Assembly (NCBI RefSeq): GCF_036321535.1 | Contig: NC_087438.1 | Span: 12,712,001-12,776,000 of the forward strand | Length of the DNA: 64,000 bases | Direction of reading: 5' to 3' | Source: Camelus dromedarius | Lineage: Eukaryota | Part shown: piece by piece, positions 40,390-52,580 of the stretch | How the letters are laid out: each line of letters starts with the position of its first letter | Position numbering within the stretch: position 1 is the first letter of the stretch | Notes under the pieces: model-generated | Seen by the model: the letters and a program-made list of their open reading frames with translations, nothing else | Told to the model about the DNA's origin: nothing | The model's database searches: none | Position numbers and translations under genes: made by a program

Positions 40390-41250
40390 GTAGATATTTA
40401 TTCAACATCTACAACTGGTGAAGCAAGCCAATGAATGATGAAGATACATCCAGTGGTGGATAAAATAGAAAAGCAGTTCCTGTCTTCATGACCTGCCATA
40501 CATTCTCATGAGGGAAACAGGCAATAAAAGAGAAAAATCAGTAAAATATATAATATGTCAGAAATATACATAATATGTCAAAAACACAAAAGATGAGAGC
40601 CAAGAGCAGTGCTGATGAGTCTGCCATGTCTGTTGGAGGTGGTGGTGGTCAGTGAGATTCTTACTGAGAAGGGGATTTTGAGTAGAAACCTTAAAGAAAT
40701 AAAGAAGCAAGGCATGCAGTGCACAAGGGGAGAGGATTCCAGGCCCAGGGAACATCAGGTACGGATGGACGGTTTGTGTAGTAATTCTGGCATGTTCAAG
40801 GGTGGGAAAGGAGGCCTGTGAGGTGAAGAAGAGCGTAGAAGGGGAAGGTTAGTGAAGGAAGGGTTCAGAGAATGTGTGTGACTTTACAGGTAACAGAAGG
40901 ACTCCTCCCTTTATTCCGCATGAGATGGAGGCCACTGAGAGTTTCTGAGTGAAAGAGTGGTACTATCTTGTTCTGTTTTAACACTCTCTGAGTTGAGAAT
41001 AGACAAACCAGAGTAAAGGGAGGCAAGACTGGACACAAGAAACTCAATCAGGCTATTTTTGACAATAATTTAGGAGAGAGACAACAGTGTTTTGGACCAC
41101 GTGATGGTAAAATGAGGGTGATATGAGGTAGCAGGATCCTAAATACATTTTGAAGGTAGCACCAATGGAAATATTTTTGGTAGACCATATGGGAAAATGG
41201 AGATGAAACAAGTCTGGAAGAATATTTTGGCAAATGGAATCAATATACAA
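40390..41250 (-). mobile_element. LINE-2 fragment
   Basis: Purine-rich L2 antisense pattern (atttattcaac..gagtagaaaccttaaag..ggagccactgagagtttctgag..aaatacattttgaaggtag). Confidence 0.65.
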
Positions 41251-42029
41251 AAAATGGCAAGGTGATACTGTAATGTGAGACGCTGTCCACTCAAGTCTGG
41301 AGGGACAACTTGGGGCAGTGTGCTCAGAATAAAACCTTTCCATTCCAGACTTGGCCAACCAGGCACATCTTTATTTAAAGTGGCCTGTAATTTCCTTTTC
41401 TAATCTAGGTTTTGACCTCCAGGTATAACACTTAAAGAGGAAAAGGATAGCCATGTAGAAATGCAAAATTAGGAACCACAGGAGACTTTTTCATGTTGTA
41501 CCTGGACCTAGGATGAAAAGAATCTACCTCAGTTTCAATAATTTTGTATTCTGGTTATTTCCTTAGTCGTATGGATTCAACGTTACATCAAAACCTCCAA
41601 GCCTCTACAATATCCTAGAAAAACTGACAGTCCAAACATCCAGCAAGTTAACTTCTTCTAATTTAAAATGGTCCTCACGAAGAAATGAGATTTTATTCCT
41701 ATCACTCTAGCATTTGAAATGGAAACAGAAATGTATTCGATTTAAAAGATTGTATTTGGTCACTGGGGTAAAATAATTAAAATGTTAAATGTTGATCCCT
41801 GGTTATCTGTATCATAATGACAGAATTTGTGAATTATCTTTGATTTCAGATAGTTACTTGTTTGGGAGGTAAGATAGCAAATGACTTGCACTTGTAGATA
41901 CTGGTACACATTCTTAAATTAGAATCAACTGTCATAAAATCTACATTAAAATGAATAATCTGCTAGAAGCTTCTCAGTTTGGCTTGTCTGGACACCAGAC
42001 CAAGTGAGACAGACTAAGCCAGAAACAGG

Positions 42030-42160
42030 AGGCATCTCGAGACGGACTCAGCGAGATTTCAGCTGGTGGGAACGACGTGGGCTGAGCAGTCTCGCGAGAC
42101 CTGAAGGTACCGCAGTGGTGGCTGCCGCCAGAGGGAGGAAGAGAGGACCGGAAGTTCTTC
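42030..42160 (+). promoter_or_regulatory. CpG-containing promoter-like segment in the retrocopy leader
   Basis: TCTCGCGAGA palindrome 42090-42099 (BANP/ZBTB33-type), CCGCCAGAGGGAG 42125-42137 (CTCF-like), ACCGGAAGT 42147-42155 (ETS/GABPA). Confidence 0.6.
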
Positions 42161-42482
42161 ATCTTGAGCATCCAGTGCTGAAAGCAACCTGGGTGGAAGT
42201 TCCACCTCCTTGAGCCCCCCCACCATTCCAGAAGTTTGTCTGTCACCTGTGCTTGCCACGACCCTTTTCCCCGTTTTATCCCTATACCAGGAAAGGATAT
42301 GTTAATGTCTGTCTCCCAGCTCCACTGAAGGGGATGGAGCCAGGGTTCCTTCCCTGCGCCGCCATGTAGCTGGGAAGTGGGACCTGGGGGTGGTTGGACC
42401 TCTGGGATCCTGAAGGAAGTGGGGAGACGCTCAGAACTCAGCTTCTGTTTCTGCTACCAGGACACGGCCTCCTCCTGCTGCC

Positions 42483-43541
42483 ATGCACCCTGCGGCCTTC
42501 CGGCTTCCCGTCGTTGTGGCCACTGTGCTGTGGGGCGCGGCCCCTCTCCAGGGCCTCATTCGAGCGACTTCGGACCACAATGCCAGCATGGACTTTGCAG
42601 ACCTCCCAGCTCTCTTTGGGGCTGCCTTGAGCCGGGAGGGACTTAAGGGGTTCCTTGTGGAGGCTCATCCAGCCAATGCCTGCAGCCCCATAGCCCCACC
42701 GCCCGCAGCCTGGGTCAACGGGTCAGTTTTCATTGCACTGCTTCGAAGATTCGACTGCAACTTTGACCTCAAGGTCCTAAATGCTCAGAAGGCTGGGTAC
42801 GAGGCAGCTGTGGTACACAATGTGAATTCCAATGAACTTCTGAACATGGTGTGGAATAATGAGGAAATCCAGCAGCAGATCTGGATCCCGTCTGTGTTTA
42901 TCGGGGAGAGGAGCTCTAAGTACCTGCGTGCCCTCTTCGTCTACCAGAAGGGGGCTCAGGTGCTTCTGATCCCAGACAATAGATTTCTCTTGGGCTATTG
43001 CCTCATCCTTTTCACTGGGATTTTGGGGTTGCTAATCCTGGGCACGGGAGCAACGATGACAGTTCGTTTTATCCAGCTCCAGAAAGAGCTCCGGCAAAAT
43101 CGACTGACCCAAGAGCAACTGAACCTGATTCCTACACATGACTATCGGAAGGGAGACCAGTATGACGTCTGTGCCATCTGCCTGGACGAATATGAGGATG
43201 GGGACAAGCTGAGGGTCCTTCCCTGTGCGCACGCCTATCACAGCCGCTGTGTGGACCCCTGGCTCACTCAAACCCGGAAGACCTGCCCTGTCTGCAAGCA
43301 GCCTGTTCATCGGGATCCTGGAGAGGCGGAGCAGGAGGAAGAAACTCAGGGACAAGAGGGTGAGGAGGAAGGGCAGCCAAGGGGCCACCCTGCCTCAGAA
43401 CGGACCCCACTTCTGGGCTCCAGCACCGTACTTCCCAAATCCTTTGGCTCCCTAGCCCCAGCCCCCTTTGTGTTTCTTGGGTCTTCAACAGATGCCTCCC
43501 CTTCTCCATCCTCTTCCTCTTCAGCTGCCATCCAGATCTAA
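42483..43541 (+). CDS. RNF167: Intronless RNF167 retrocopy with intact ORF (PA-TM-RING-H2 E3 ubiquitin ligase, 352 aa)
   Basis: Translation matches RNF167 as I recall it, end to end. It has a signal peptide (MHPAAF..VLWGAAP), a PA domain (FADLPALFG...[13 protein letters not shown]), a TM helix, a RING-H2 ([42 protein letters not shown]) and an acidic/Ser tail. No coding introns, whereas parental RNF167 is multi-exon. The symbol names the parent; this locus is a retrocopy. Confidence 0.95.
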   Translation: MHPAAFRLPVVVATVLWGAAPLQGLIRATSDHNASMDFADLPALFGAALSREGLKGFLVEAHPANACSPIAPPPAAWVNGSVFIALLRRFDCNFDLKVLNAQKAGYEAAVVHNVNSNELLNMVWNNEEIQQQIWIPSVFIGERSSKYLRALFVYQKGAQVLLIPDNRFLLGYCLILFTGILGLLILGTGATMTVRFIQLQKELRQNRLTQEQLNLIPTHDYRKGDQYDVCAICLDEYEDGDKLRVLPCAHAYHSRCVDPWLTQTRKTCPVCKQPVHRDPGEAEQEEETQGQEGEEEGQPRGHPASERTPLLGSSTVLPKSFGSLAPAPFVFLGSSTDASPSPSSSSSAAIQI

Positions 43542-43713
43542 TACTCCCCTTCTGCCCCATCTTTGGCGACCTATTTGCACAGCCCCTCTCCTCCCTCCTG
43601 TCTTAAATGCTGAGGGATAGGAGAGATTTCCACCACAGGTTTCTCCCTCACCCACCCCCATCCTTTTGAGGGGATTGGACATGCAAAGGGATGGATTCTT
43701 CACTAACTAGGTT

Positions 43714-43719
43714 AATAAA
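43714..43719 (+). terminator. Polyadenylation signal of the RNF167 retrocopy
   Basis: AATAAA 17 nt upstream of the residual A tract. Confidence 0.85.
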
Positions 43720-44884
43720 ATTGTTTTTGTGGACTTAAAAAAATTCAGATACTTGTGAAAGCCATAGGTGAAAGTTGCCAAAAACAATTTAAAAGAGCAT
43801 TTTTTAAATAATTTGTGTCAAGGATTAAAAAATTATTAGAAACATTATATGAAGTAACTTAGAGTATTTTAAATTTGTTTTGGGATATTAACATTTCACA
43901 TTTGGCTTCATAATGCAATTTCTTTTATCTGTAAAAATTTCACCTCCTCCTCTTTAACCATTTTTGACTGAGGTGACTATGAAGTAATCTACACTTATCT
44001 AAATGTTTAATTGTCATCATTTAATGCCTGAAGAGTGCACAACTATTGCAATGTCTACGTGGTCATGACAAAAAAATAACTTGGAGGTAGGTCTCCGGTC
44101 CTCTGCTTTTCCTATATGTTAAGTGGCTGTGTAAATACAACGGATTTAATTTCTTTGTAGCATATGGTCATTTAGTATTCTCATCTGGCTAATTGGGGTG
44201 GAATTTTAAGAGAATGCTTTTTAGCTTTGTCTTTTCATCTCTTGGAATTCAAAGCTTATTTAAATAAAGGAAATATACAAATCAAATACTTTTCACTTGA
44301 GAATGGTAATTGTTCAATGATGCCAAGTGTCTTCTGTGTCTGGATTTGCCCGTGTAATTGGATATGATGGGAGTTAGCTAATAGGGGATCATTAAATATG
44401 CCCTTCCTTTGTAGAGATTAAGGTCATTTTCACCCTTTAATGATTTCTAATGTGAGCTAGGCTGGTTTTCATTTGTATTGCCAATTTCAACCCACCTCAG
44501 ACTTCCGGATACTACACTGATAATGCAAATGACTAAATACTCTCAGTATAACTGTTATTTGGATTAGAATGTTCTGTTTCATGCAGATCTTGAAATAAAC
44601 TCTTAAACCACACTGAAAGACATTCATCTTGGAAAACGGAATCAATAAGCAGAATATTTATTATTTAAGCTAATACATGGCTTTATTTCCACAAAGATGC
44701 ATTTCAAATCATAATTTTAGAGCTGACAAGATCCTATTAAATCAGTTGTTAATACTACTGTAATTGATTATCTGTTCTATTCACTACATGATATGCCAGT
44801 TTTTTGAATTGGTATTTCTCACTATATGCATTCTTTGGCATGAGGCTTCACTGAAATTTATGCATTGATAAGTATTACCAAATA

Positions 44885-45300
44885 CTGAGGGCTGCAGTAG
44901 GTTGGGGTCCCCAAGGAACGGACCCTGAGGCAGAGTTTTGTGTGCATAAGTTGAGTAAACTAAGGACGCAGAACCAGGCAGCGGTAAAAGTTGGAGGATG
45001 GTGCAGGTACACCAGAAGCCTCAGCAGACTCCCCGGAGAGTGCTGGAGCTGGGATGGTTCTGCAGAATTGTCCCAAATTAAAGCAAAAGGCCTGGGTCCA
45101 CATGCCCCTAAAGCGACCCATCATTTATTACAGTCTGTCACAGGGGAAGAGGAGTGATCTTGGGCTAGGTAGCTTTGTTCATACAAGGACAATTCCTGGA
45201 GAGACACTCTGCTGTGAACCTTAGGTTACCAGTGCCTTCAGGAGCTGCAGGAATGAACTGTTCAGAACTGAGGAGGGCTGGTCTGGGTAGATCAGCGGCT
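44885..45300. mobile_element. ERVL LTR (LTR16-like)
   Basis: ggggtccccaaggaacggaccctgaggcagagttttgtgtgcataag resembles LTR16-family termini. Confidence 0.45.
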
Positions 45301-45789
45301 ACTCCACGAATTTGCTGGGGGCAGGTGGGTCAGGAGAATAATAAGCATGAGAAAGTTCACTAGTGTACCTAGCGCAGGGGTTCTTTCTGTTTTAGTATGA
45401 TTCTCTGAGTTAGTACCAAATGTGAGCAATATACAGAAGTTGCCTAATTAATATTTATATGAGCTTTCTGTAATGTGAATTAATACCAGAAGAGAAGCCT
45501 TTGTTAAGCTGAGTCAGTAATGAGATGAAAATAGGAAGTAAAAACTGCTGAGTGTTTGCAACAGAATTTTCCCCACGTCCCAGGCTTGAAAGGGGCAAAT
45601 GTTTAGTGTTTCATGTATTCATTACAAGCACCTACTGAACGTCTATAATGTTCCAAATCTGCATGGGCCAGTGACGGAGAAGAAAGATCTCATCCCCAAC
45701 TCTCTGATCTTCAAGAGAAAACTGTCATTACATAGCATGGTGCTTGTGACAAGTAGCAAGAAAGGGTAAATGACCTAGAAAGAACAATC

Positions 45790-46790
45790 CACTGGTGCAC
45801 TGGAGGGGCTCATACTGGCTCGAGAGAGCAAATTGTGAAAGTTTTAGAAATTTTGCCACATTGTTACTAAACATGGGTATTGTTAAAAATTAAATTATAT
45901 AAAATTACCATTAAATAAATTATATTAAAGGCACAGTTGATAGATACTCAGAACTCATCACTTCCTAGTTATTTTACTATTATTTCTGTTCCTGTGGGTC
46001 TCTGTCTATTAGGACAATCTGGCGGCAAAGCCATGTAATGGTGTGCTATTTCAGCGTATCTTCCCATCTCTGTGTTCAGTGACCTTACAGTAGAGTTTGA
46101 AATTGGTCATGATGGGAGTATTCACACCACAGAAACTGGCAAATGCTTTCTCTTTCACTTCACTTCATCAGGGTTTGATTTATTGTTTTGTTGATTATTT
46201 AGACTGAAGAAAGTAACAGAAAAGTGTTAATAAGGTAGATTAAGCTTGAATATGTCATGTCTAAAGCTGTCATATTGTGAATAGCACAAAAGATTGAGGA
46301 AATATTCTCCCAGTATTTGACAACTATTATCTGATTGGGCAAATATGTCCTCACATCATTAATGAATGAGTGAAGTTGTCACATACATCTTCATTTTCTT
46401 CATTTTCCCCTTTTTGCATCATGCATTACAATAATGGAAATATCAACTAATATTTATGTCAGAACTATATTATCTTGTCAATGACATGACACTTCTGAAT
46501 TAGGAAGTAATCAAGCATTTATTCATAGCCTGATTTTATGAAATCATGTTGGAATTGCAACTATAGTTTGGCTATGAATACAAGATTTCAGCAAAAACCA
46601 GGCTAAATATTCTGCAAGAATAAATTGGCTACATAATGTTTACAGTAAAGAGTATTGCATATTTTATTGTTTTTGTAAATTGTGTACCACACATCCCTTT
46701 GTGTTAGTAAAACTTCTGTGCACATAGATACCCTTACATTTTTTTTTCCCTCATAAGAGCAGGTGGTTAAACCTTTACAGCGCACCCCTG
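45790..46790 (+). mobile_element. MER63-like hAT-Blackjack element, about 1 kb
   Basis: cactggtgcactggaggggctcatactggctcgagagagc at the start and ggttaaacctttacagcgcacccctg at the end match recalled MER63 termini. Confidence 0.75.
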
Positions 46791-48059
46791 GATAAAACAG
46801 GGCTAATACTGAACTTTGCACAGTTACTGTATGAACACATGGAGAGAATTGTGACAATGGGAAAGGATGGAGTGAGGAAAGGAGGAAGAAGAAAAGGAAG
46901 CCTGAGCTGAGGTCACTGTAAGAATTCAGGTTCCTCTTCTTTCTGCTGTACTATGCTCTGCTGTATAACAGATCATAGAGAAGATAAAATTCACAGCCTC
47001 ATTCTCCCATCTGTACTGGTGATCACAAATGCACTAATTATTGATTGGACTACATGAAGGTACTCAGATGCAGCCCTTCTTACAGTCCATCCTGTTTCTG
47101 CTACAATCACATTCTTTTGACAACCCATTAAGCACTGTTGAGACCGCCTGCTTTCCCTTATGAGACGCTTCTAGGCAACGTGGTTTTGTGTGAATTCTCT
47201 CTTAAGTGCTCACTATGCAGAACAATTTCTTTGGGTTTTGGGGGAAACCTAAATCTCCCCATCACCATTAGAAAGCACCATCCATCTATTATCCAAAAAT
47301 GGCAAGGCTATGTCCCCAGGGTCCTGGTTTCCATATTGGGTGTAATGGGACTCACCACCTTCCAGGGACTGTGATGGAATATTTCACTCAACACACAATA
47401 AGAGAGCACTTCTTTAGGTAAGATCCTGCTTTCAACCCTCCTCAGATCATTTTTCCTATGTCCAAGCTCTCAACTCTGCCCCTATCACATTTATTTTGCT
47501 AGTTTCCTCACGTGGATGTGCGTTATTTAATCTTTGTAGAATTCATAAGATGGGATATTTGACAAATCAGAAATATCTTTAAATGTAGATTCATATTTTT
47601 TTCCAGTCAAAACATTTTAAACAATTTTTTAGGACTTTTAGAAAATGATGTGTAAAAATAGTCCCTTAAAAATGATACAGAATTATTATAGATTAACTTT
47701 ATTTTAACTTTAAGTTCATTGTATAGCACATCCTTAAACTGTAAATTCCTTAAGAGAAGAAACAATAAATTTCACCCAGATATTGTCAAATACCTGAATG
47801 AATACGTAAACGAATATTTTAAAATCACTTCTTTGAAACTTGATTATATAAGTGAGGGTTTAAACATTTTTTACATAATGAACGTGTCTTGTACCAAATC
47901 AATGTGGAGAGAATTCAGTGGCATGTTTTTAAAGGTGTATTGATGGCAGCAAGGGCACTGTAGAGTTCTGTTGTCTCTGCTCTTTTCTCAGATAGCCATC
48001 CTAATGCCACACATCTAAAAAAAAAATCTATCCATCATCCCTCCATCCTTCCACCCAGC

Positions 48060-48720
48060 AGTCAACTAGTCATTCAGTCTGTAAATATTAAATTGTATAC
48101 TGGTTGTATAACCATGTCAAGACAGATATGACCCTGCCCGCATGTGGAGAAGAGTATTAAGTCCATCACATAAAATGTGAGAGTACTATGATGAAAAAAC
48201 ACATCTTGAATCATTCTCAGAGGAGAGGATGTTAGGTAGGGGAAAAGAGGGAAATAAAAATTGTGCTGAGACATTGAGGGTGGATAGGGGTTGACCGAGA
48301 AATTGTAGAGAAATTGGGAGAGGCAAGAGCGTCGAGGCAGACTGAATCATGGTATCTATAAATTTGCATAGGAAGAGAACATGACATGTTCTAGGAACAA
48401 AAAGACTTGCATTGCTATGAAGGCTTGGACTGTGAAGCTGGTTATAAAGATTCATGAGGTTGCCACTATGAGTCGGGGCTGAAACTTGAAAGGCTCAATA
48501 AACTAGTTAGAATTCAAAGTTCTCATCATGACTGAATTGTAGAGAATGAGTTACTAGGTGAGAAGAGGGGGCAAGACTAGGGCTGGGAGGCCAGTTAGAA
48601 GATGGTGCAATAACCCATGTGAGAGAGATGGTTACCTCACCCCAGGGAGTGGGTGCAGGATTCAGGGAAAAAAGGTATCTCAAGTAAACTCTTAGTTTCA
48701 AGGGACTGGAGGGATATGAA
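48060..48720 (-). mobile_element. LINE-2 fragment
   Basis: L2 antisense motifs (gagacattgagggtggataggg..ggaggccagttagaagatggtgcaataaccc). Confidence 0.6.
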
Positions 48721-49449
48721 AAGATCCAAGCAAATAAATCTTCACTGTCAGAAGACACAGGTGAAAATACGTCTCTATGTGGGTCAGATGTATATCTTGG
48801 TAAAGGTGCTCATTTATTTTTGAGAGCTGTTGTTTAGTTTTTCCTTGCAATAAAACTGATTAATCTTTCCTACAGTTGGAAAGATGATGGAAGAAACAAA
48901 GAAGGACATTTAAATAAAGCAGTATTTTCTGGTGTCCTGTATGTTTTTTATGTAATTTGGGAGCAAAATCAAAACACGATGCCCGATTGCACTTTGTATA
49001 TATGCCCTCTGAGCCTATGAATATAATGTGGTTGGACAGACCACATGCAAAGTCAGGGTCTCCTGTGATTTCTTTTGAAGCGGATGAAGGCCATAGCCAA
49101 GGACTAAAAAGCTGGGAGGGCATTTCAGGTCTGGAGCTTCTGTCCTCTTTATTGAAAAAGGGCATTAAGGCATTTGGGACAATAATATCAGAAGAAGACA
49201 AATACAGTAAATAATAATTGTTGCATGAAGACATGCAAAATTTTGAAAATCATACATGTATTTCTATAATATTTATTTCAATACTACATAGAAATGATGC
49301 TTAAAAGATACCCATTAGTCCATTTGATCTTTATTCAACACTTGACCATAATTAGTAATTATTTGTGGCTGATTTGTTATTGTTATCACTGTAGGTTGTT
49401 GTTTTTATGAATTTCAAATTGCCTATCTTTTGAAGATAATTTTATTTAC

Positions 49450-49526
49450 TTAAAGATGAAAAGGAATTTTGATTGTCTGAGATTGCCTGCAGTGGCCTTA
49501 ATAGTCGAAGAGCTGGTTCACTCTGC
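49450..49526 (-). other. Candidate coding exon of an unidentified minus-strand gene or pseudogene
   Basis: Acceptor catttccttttccag, donor A|gtaaat, open frame QSEPALRLLRPLQAISDNQNSFSSL. Confidence 0.25.
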
Positions 49527-50826
49527 CTGGAAAAGGAAATGTGACCCTGGGATTACACCCTTGAGAGATGATACTTCAGTTCAAATTGGGATTCACAGAG
49601 TAATTGCAGCCTGTGGTAATGCATCTTCAAGGTCTTAAAATAGCTGTTAGATGGGTAGAGCTTTCCCCTAGAGAAATGGCAGTGTTCACTAGGAGATGTC
49701 TTTTGTCTCTTTCAAACCACAGGAGCAGCCTTTGAACAATGCACAAAGAAATACAATATTTAGTATTTCCTGGAGTGATTTGAGAATTAACTGAGAACAA
49801 ATATATTCTTATCTGTTTTGGATTGTGCTACAAATAAAACAAATAAATAAAATAATATCTGGAAAGACTCTATATTTGGGATTTGTGTGTGTGTGTGTGC
49901 TTCTCACAGTGAGCATAAAATTTGGACTTCCTGGAGCCCTTCCTTCATCGGCAAGCAAGTAATTGAACAAACTTTTCATATAATGGGTCATTAAACTCAT
50001 TTTATCTGTACTTTTTACAGAAAAACACAGAAAGAATCAAAGTATGTCACTATCTTTTTCTACCCCTTGTAGGCAAACAGTGACTGACGGCAAACAGTGA
50101 GATATTTCTTTATTCTTAATTATACACATTGAGCCAATGGTTTTCTTAAATATTTAGTAAAGTAGGTTACTTGCCTATTTTTGTTGGTTAGAATTTGCAC
50201 AAGAAATAATGAAGATATGATTTACAAAGGAACAAAGCCCTTTGAAGAGTTCTTTAGTCACATGGAGAATTGTAAAACACAGAAAAATGTGAAGATGGAG
50301 TGGAATGTGGCAGGTGGGAAACTGAATCACACCTAAAAGATAAAAGACTGTGAGGGACGATGCCAAAGGCGTTTACCAATTCTTTATTTATGTCCAGAAC
50401 TTTTGGACAGCAAACTGCTCCCTGGGAAGTCTGTTGGGAGGGGAGTACCTGGGTTGGGATGAGAGAGCATGACTGTCAAGATGGTTATGAAAATACCAAA
50501 CCCAGAAGAAAAGACAGAAGCCAAGTCAGGAAAGCAAGTGGAAAGGCTGAGAGTCCAGAGAGAAGGGATTTCAATCAAATTGGAAGAGCAAGAATGTAAA
50601 TGACAGACAGGTAGCAAGGCTGAGTTATCAGAGAGACTGGAACAATATGAGGAGGAACAAGGTGTCTTCAGGTTGATCCAATCAGCACAGGAACAAAATC
50701 TGCCAATGCTGAGAGGGAGCGAGGCTGTTAAATTAGAAATCCTTCAATACAGTGATAGCAGCTTAAAAGAAACCCATTGGGTTCACTAGAGCACAGGCAG
50801 GGACTCAGCAGTAAGAGTAAATATCA

Positions 50827-51196
50827 GACTCACTTTATGCGTAGAATCCAAAAAAAAAAAAAAAAAAAAGATACACATTTTATTTACAAACCAGAAATAG
50901 ACTCACAGACATAGAAAACAAACTATGGTTACCAAAGGGCGAAGGAGGGAGGGGGATAAATTAGGAGTTTGGGATTAGCAGATACACATTACTATATATA
51001 AAACAGATAAACAACAAGGACCTACCGTACCACACAGGAAACTATATTCAACTTATTCTAATAAGCTATAATGGAAAAGAATCTGAAAAAAAAATATGTA
51101 TGTGTATGTATAACTGAATCGCTTTGCTGTACACCTAAAACTAACACTGTAAATCAACTACATTTCAATAAAAACTTTTTTTAAAAAACTAAAACC
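50827..51196 (+). mobile_element. LINE-1 3' end with 14-bp TSD
   Basis: aaaccagaaatagactcacagacatagaaaacaaactatggttaccaaaggg..aataaa. TSD aagagtaaatatca 50813-50826 and aagaataaatatca 51197-51210. Confidence 0.88.
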
Positions 51197-52114
51197 AAGA
51201 ATAAATATCAAGGGCTTCAGTGAGAGTAGAAACGGAGAGAGATGCAAGCTAGGCAATGTCAACAAGCAGCGCAGCTCTGGAAGCTGGGGAGGAGGGCAGG
51301 TTCATTCAAACACTACACAGAGGGCACCAGTGGCGTGGTGGGTACAATGCACAGGTTACGAGGAGTTATCAGGGTTGATTCCTTTTCCTCAAGAATCTGA
51401 AAAATCTGCTAGGGAGTCCCCCAGCAGCCACCCCCTCTTTTTGAAGCAGACTAATGGAGCTCTCTTGCAGAGCTGCCACTATCTGTGTCTTTACATTTAT
51501 TTTGCTTTGTGATTGGTGAGTTTCAGGCCCCAGCCAGCCAACCCCATCCTAAGGCTTGCAATGTGGCAACGCTTGCAACAGTTCTGAGAGAATTGATGCT
51601 GCTGAGTGGATAGGAAACAGACCAGGATATTTTCTTGACATTTACCATAATTTATCTTCTAGGCATGTAGCCATGGGATTCTGAGCAGCACAGTAGTTCT
51701 GGAGGCTTCTCTTTGGCTACACCAAGCACTAGACCCAAGATGAAATTGCAGGAAAGGTCTTTAGTGTGGTATTGATGAAAGAAAGAAGGTTTCATTTGCT
51801 AAGAGCAGAATGGGCAGCCACTGCTACCATGTTATGAAGAAGCCCAGGAAAGTCTTAGCTACTATGAGAAATGAACTTAATGTCCCAGGAAGTAAGACCA
51901 GAAGCAGAGCCAGCAGCACACTGTGACACTGTCCTTCTTCAGTTGTCACGCTAAGCATTGGCAGCCATTTTCCCTCTGCTGCTGATAAAGAATATCTCTT
52001 ACTTTTTCATGACTGATCTAGTGAGTCTATTTTTGGTACTCAAATTCTTGAATGTGCTCTCTAGATATTATCTGTTTATGTGCATGATATTGGGATACAT
52101 GGATGGAGCATCTA

Positions 52115-52580
52115 TAGCAATGGTCAGGAAACCACATGCCTTGGGCCAAAACATGTCATTGTCCATTTTTGTAAATAAAGTTTTTTTGGAGCATGGCCAG
52201 ACCCATTCACTTACATATTGTCTATGACTGGTTTCCTGCTACAGCTTCAAAGTTGAATAGTGATGTTTGGCCTGCAGCCAAAACCATTCACTATATGGCT
52301 CTTTGAGAAAAAGTTTGTTGACACCACATCTACAGCCAGTATGTTGCCCAGTGGTTAAAAGACACTAGGTCCAAATCCCACCTTTTCCCTTTCTTGTCTT
52401 TGTGAACTTGGACAGTTTATCTAACTCTGCTTTTTAGTTTCTTATCTGCAATGTTAAGATAATAATAGCTCCTATCTCATAAGTTGGAAATGAAGATTAG
52501 ATTAATTAAATCATGAGGAATGCTTATAATGACACATGTTGTGCTATAAGTACTCAATAAATATTAGCTACTGTTATCAT
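52115..52580. mobile_element. MER58A-like MITE followed by MIR
   Basis: gtaaataaagttttttggagcatggccagacccattcacttacatattgtctatg (MER58A), then tgtgaacttggacagttt..atctgcaatgttaagataataatag (MIR). Confidence 0.7.

Larger units (their letters stand above)
41975..43743 (+). mobile_element. Full extent of the RNF167 processed retrocopy (leader + CDS + 3'UTR + A tail)
   Basis: Abrupt switch from AT-rich to GC-rich sequence near 41975. AATAAA at 43714-43719, A7 at 43737-43743, then AT-rich flank again. The 5' boundary is approximate and no clean TSD was found. Confidence 0.8.

Noticed and set aside
41840..41900. ttcagata / agatactg as the retrocopy's 5' TSD
   Set aside because: Short partial matches 70-130 nt from the apparent 5' boundary, expected by chance in AT-rich DNA.
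42483..43541. Calling the ORF ZNRF4, RNF13 or the parental RNF167 gene
   Set aside because: The sequence is far closer to RNF167 than to ZNRF4 or RNF13. It lacks coding introns and the parent's gene-dense neighbourhood (SLC25A11, PFN1).
42377..43703. Overlapping and antisense ORFs around the RNF167 retrocopy
   Set aside because: Shadow ORFs of a GC-rich coding sequence with no recognisable protein.
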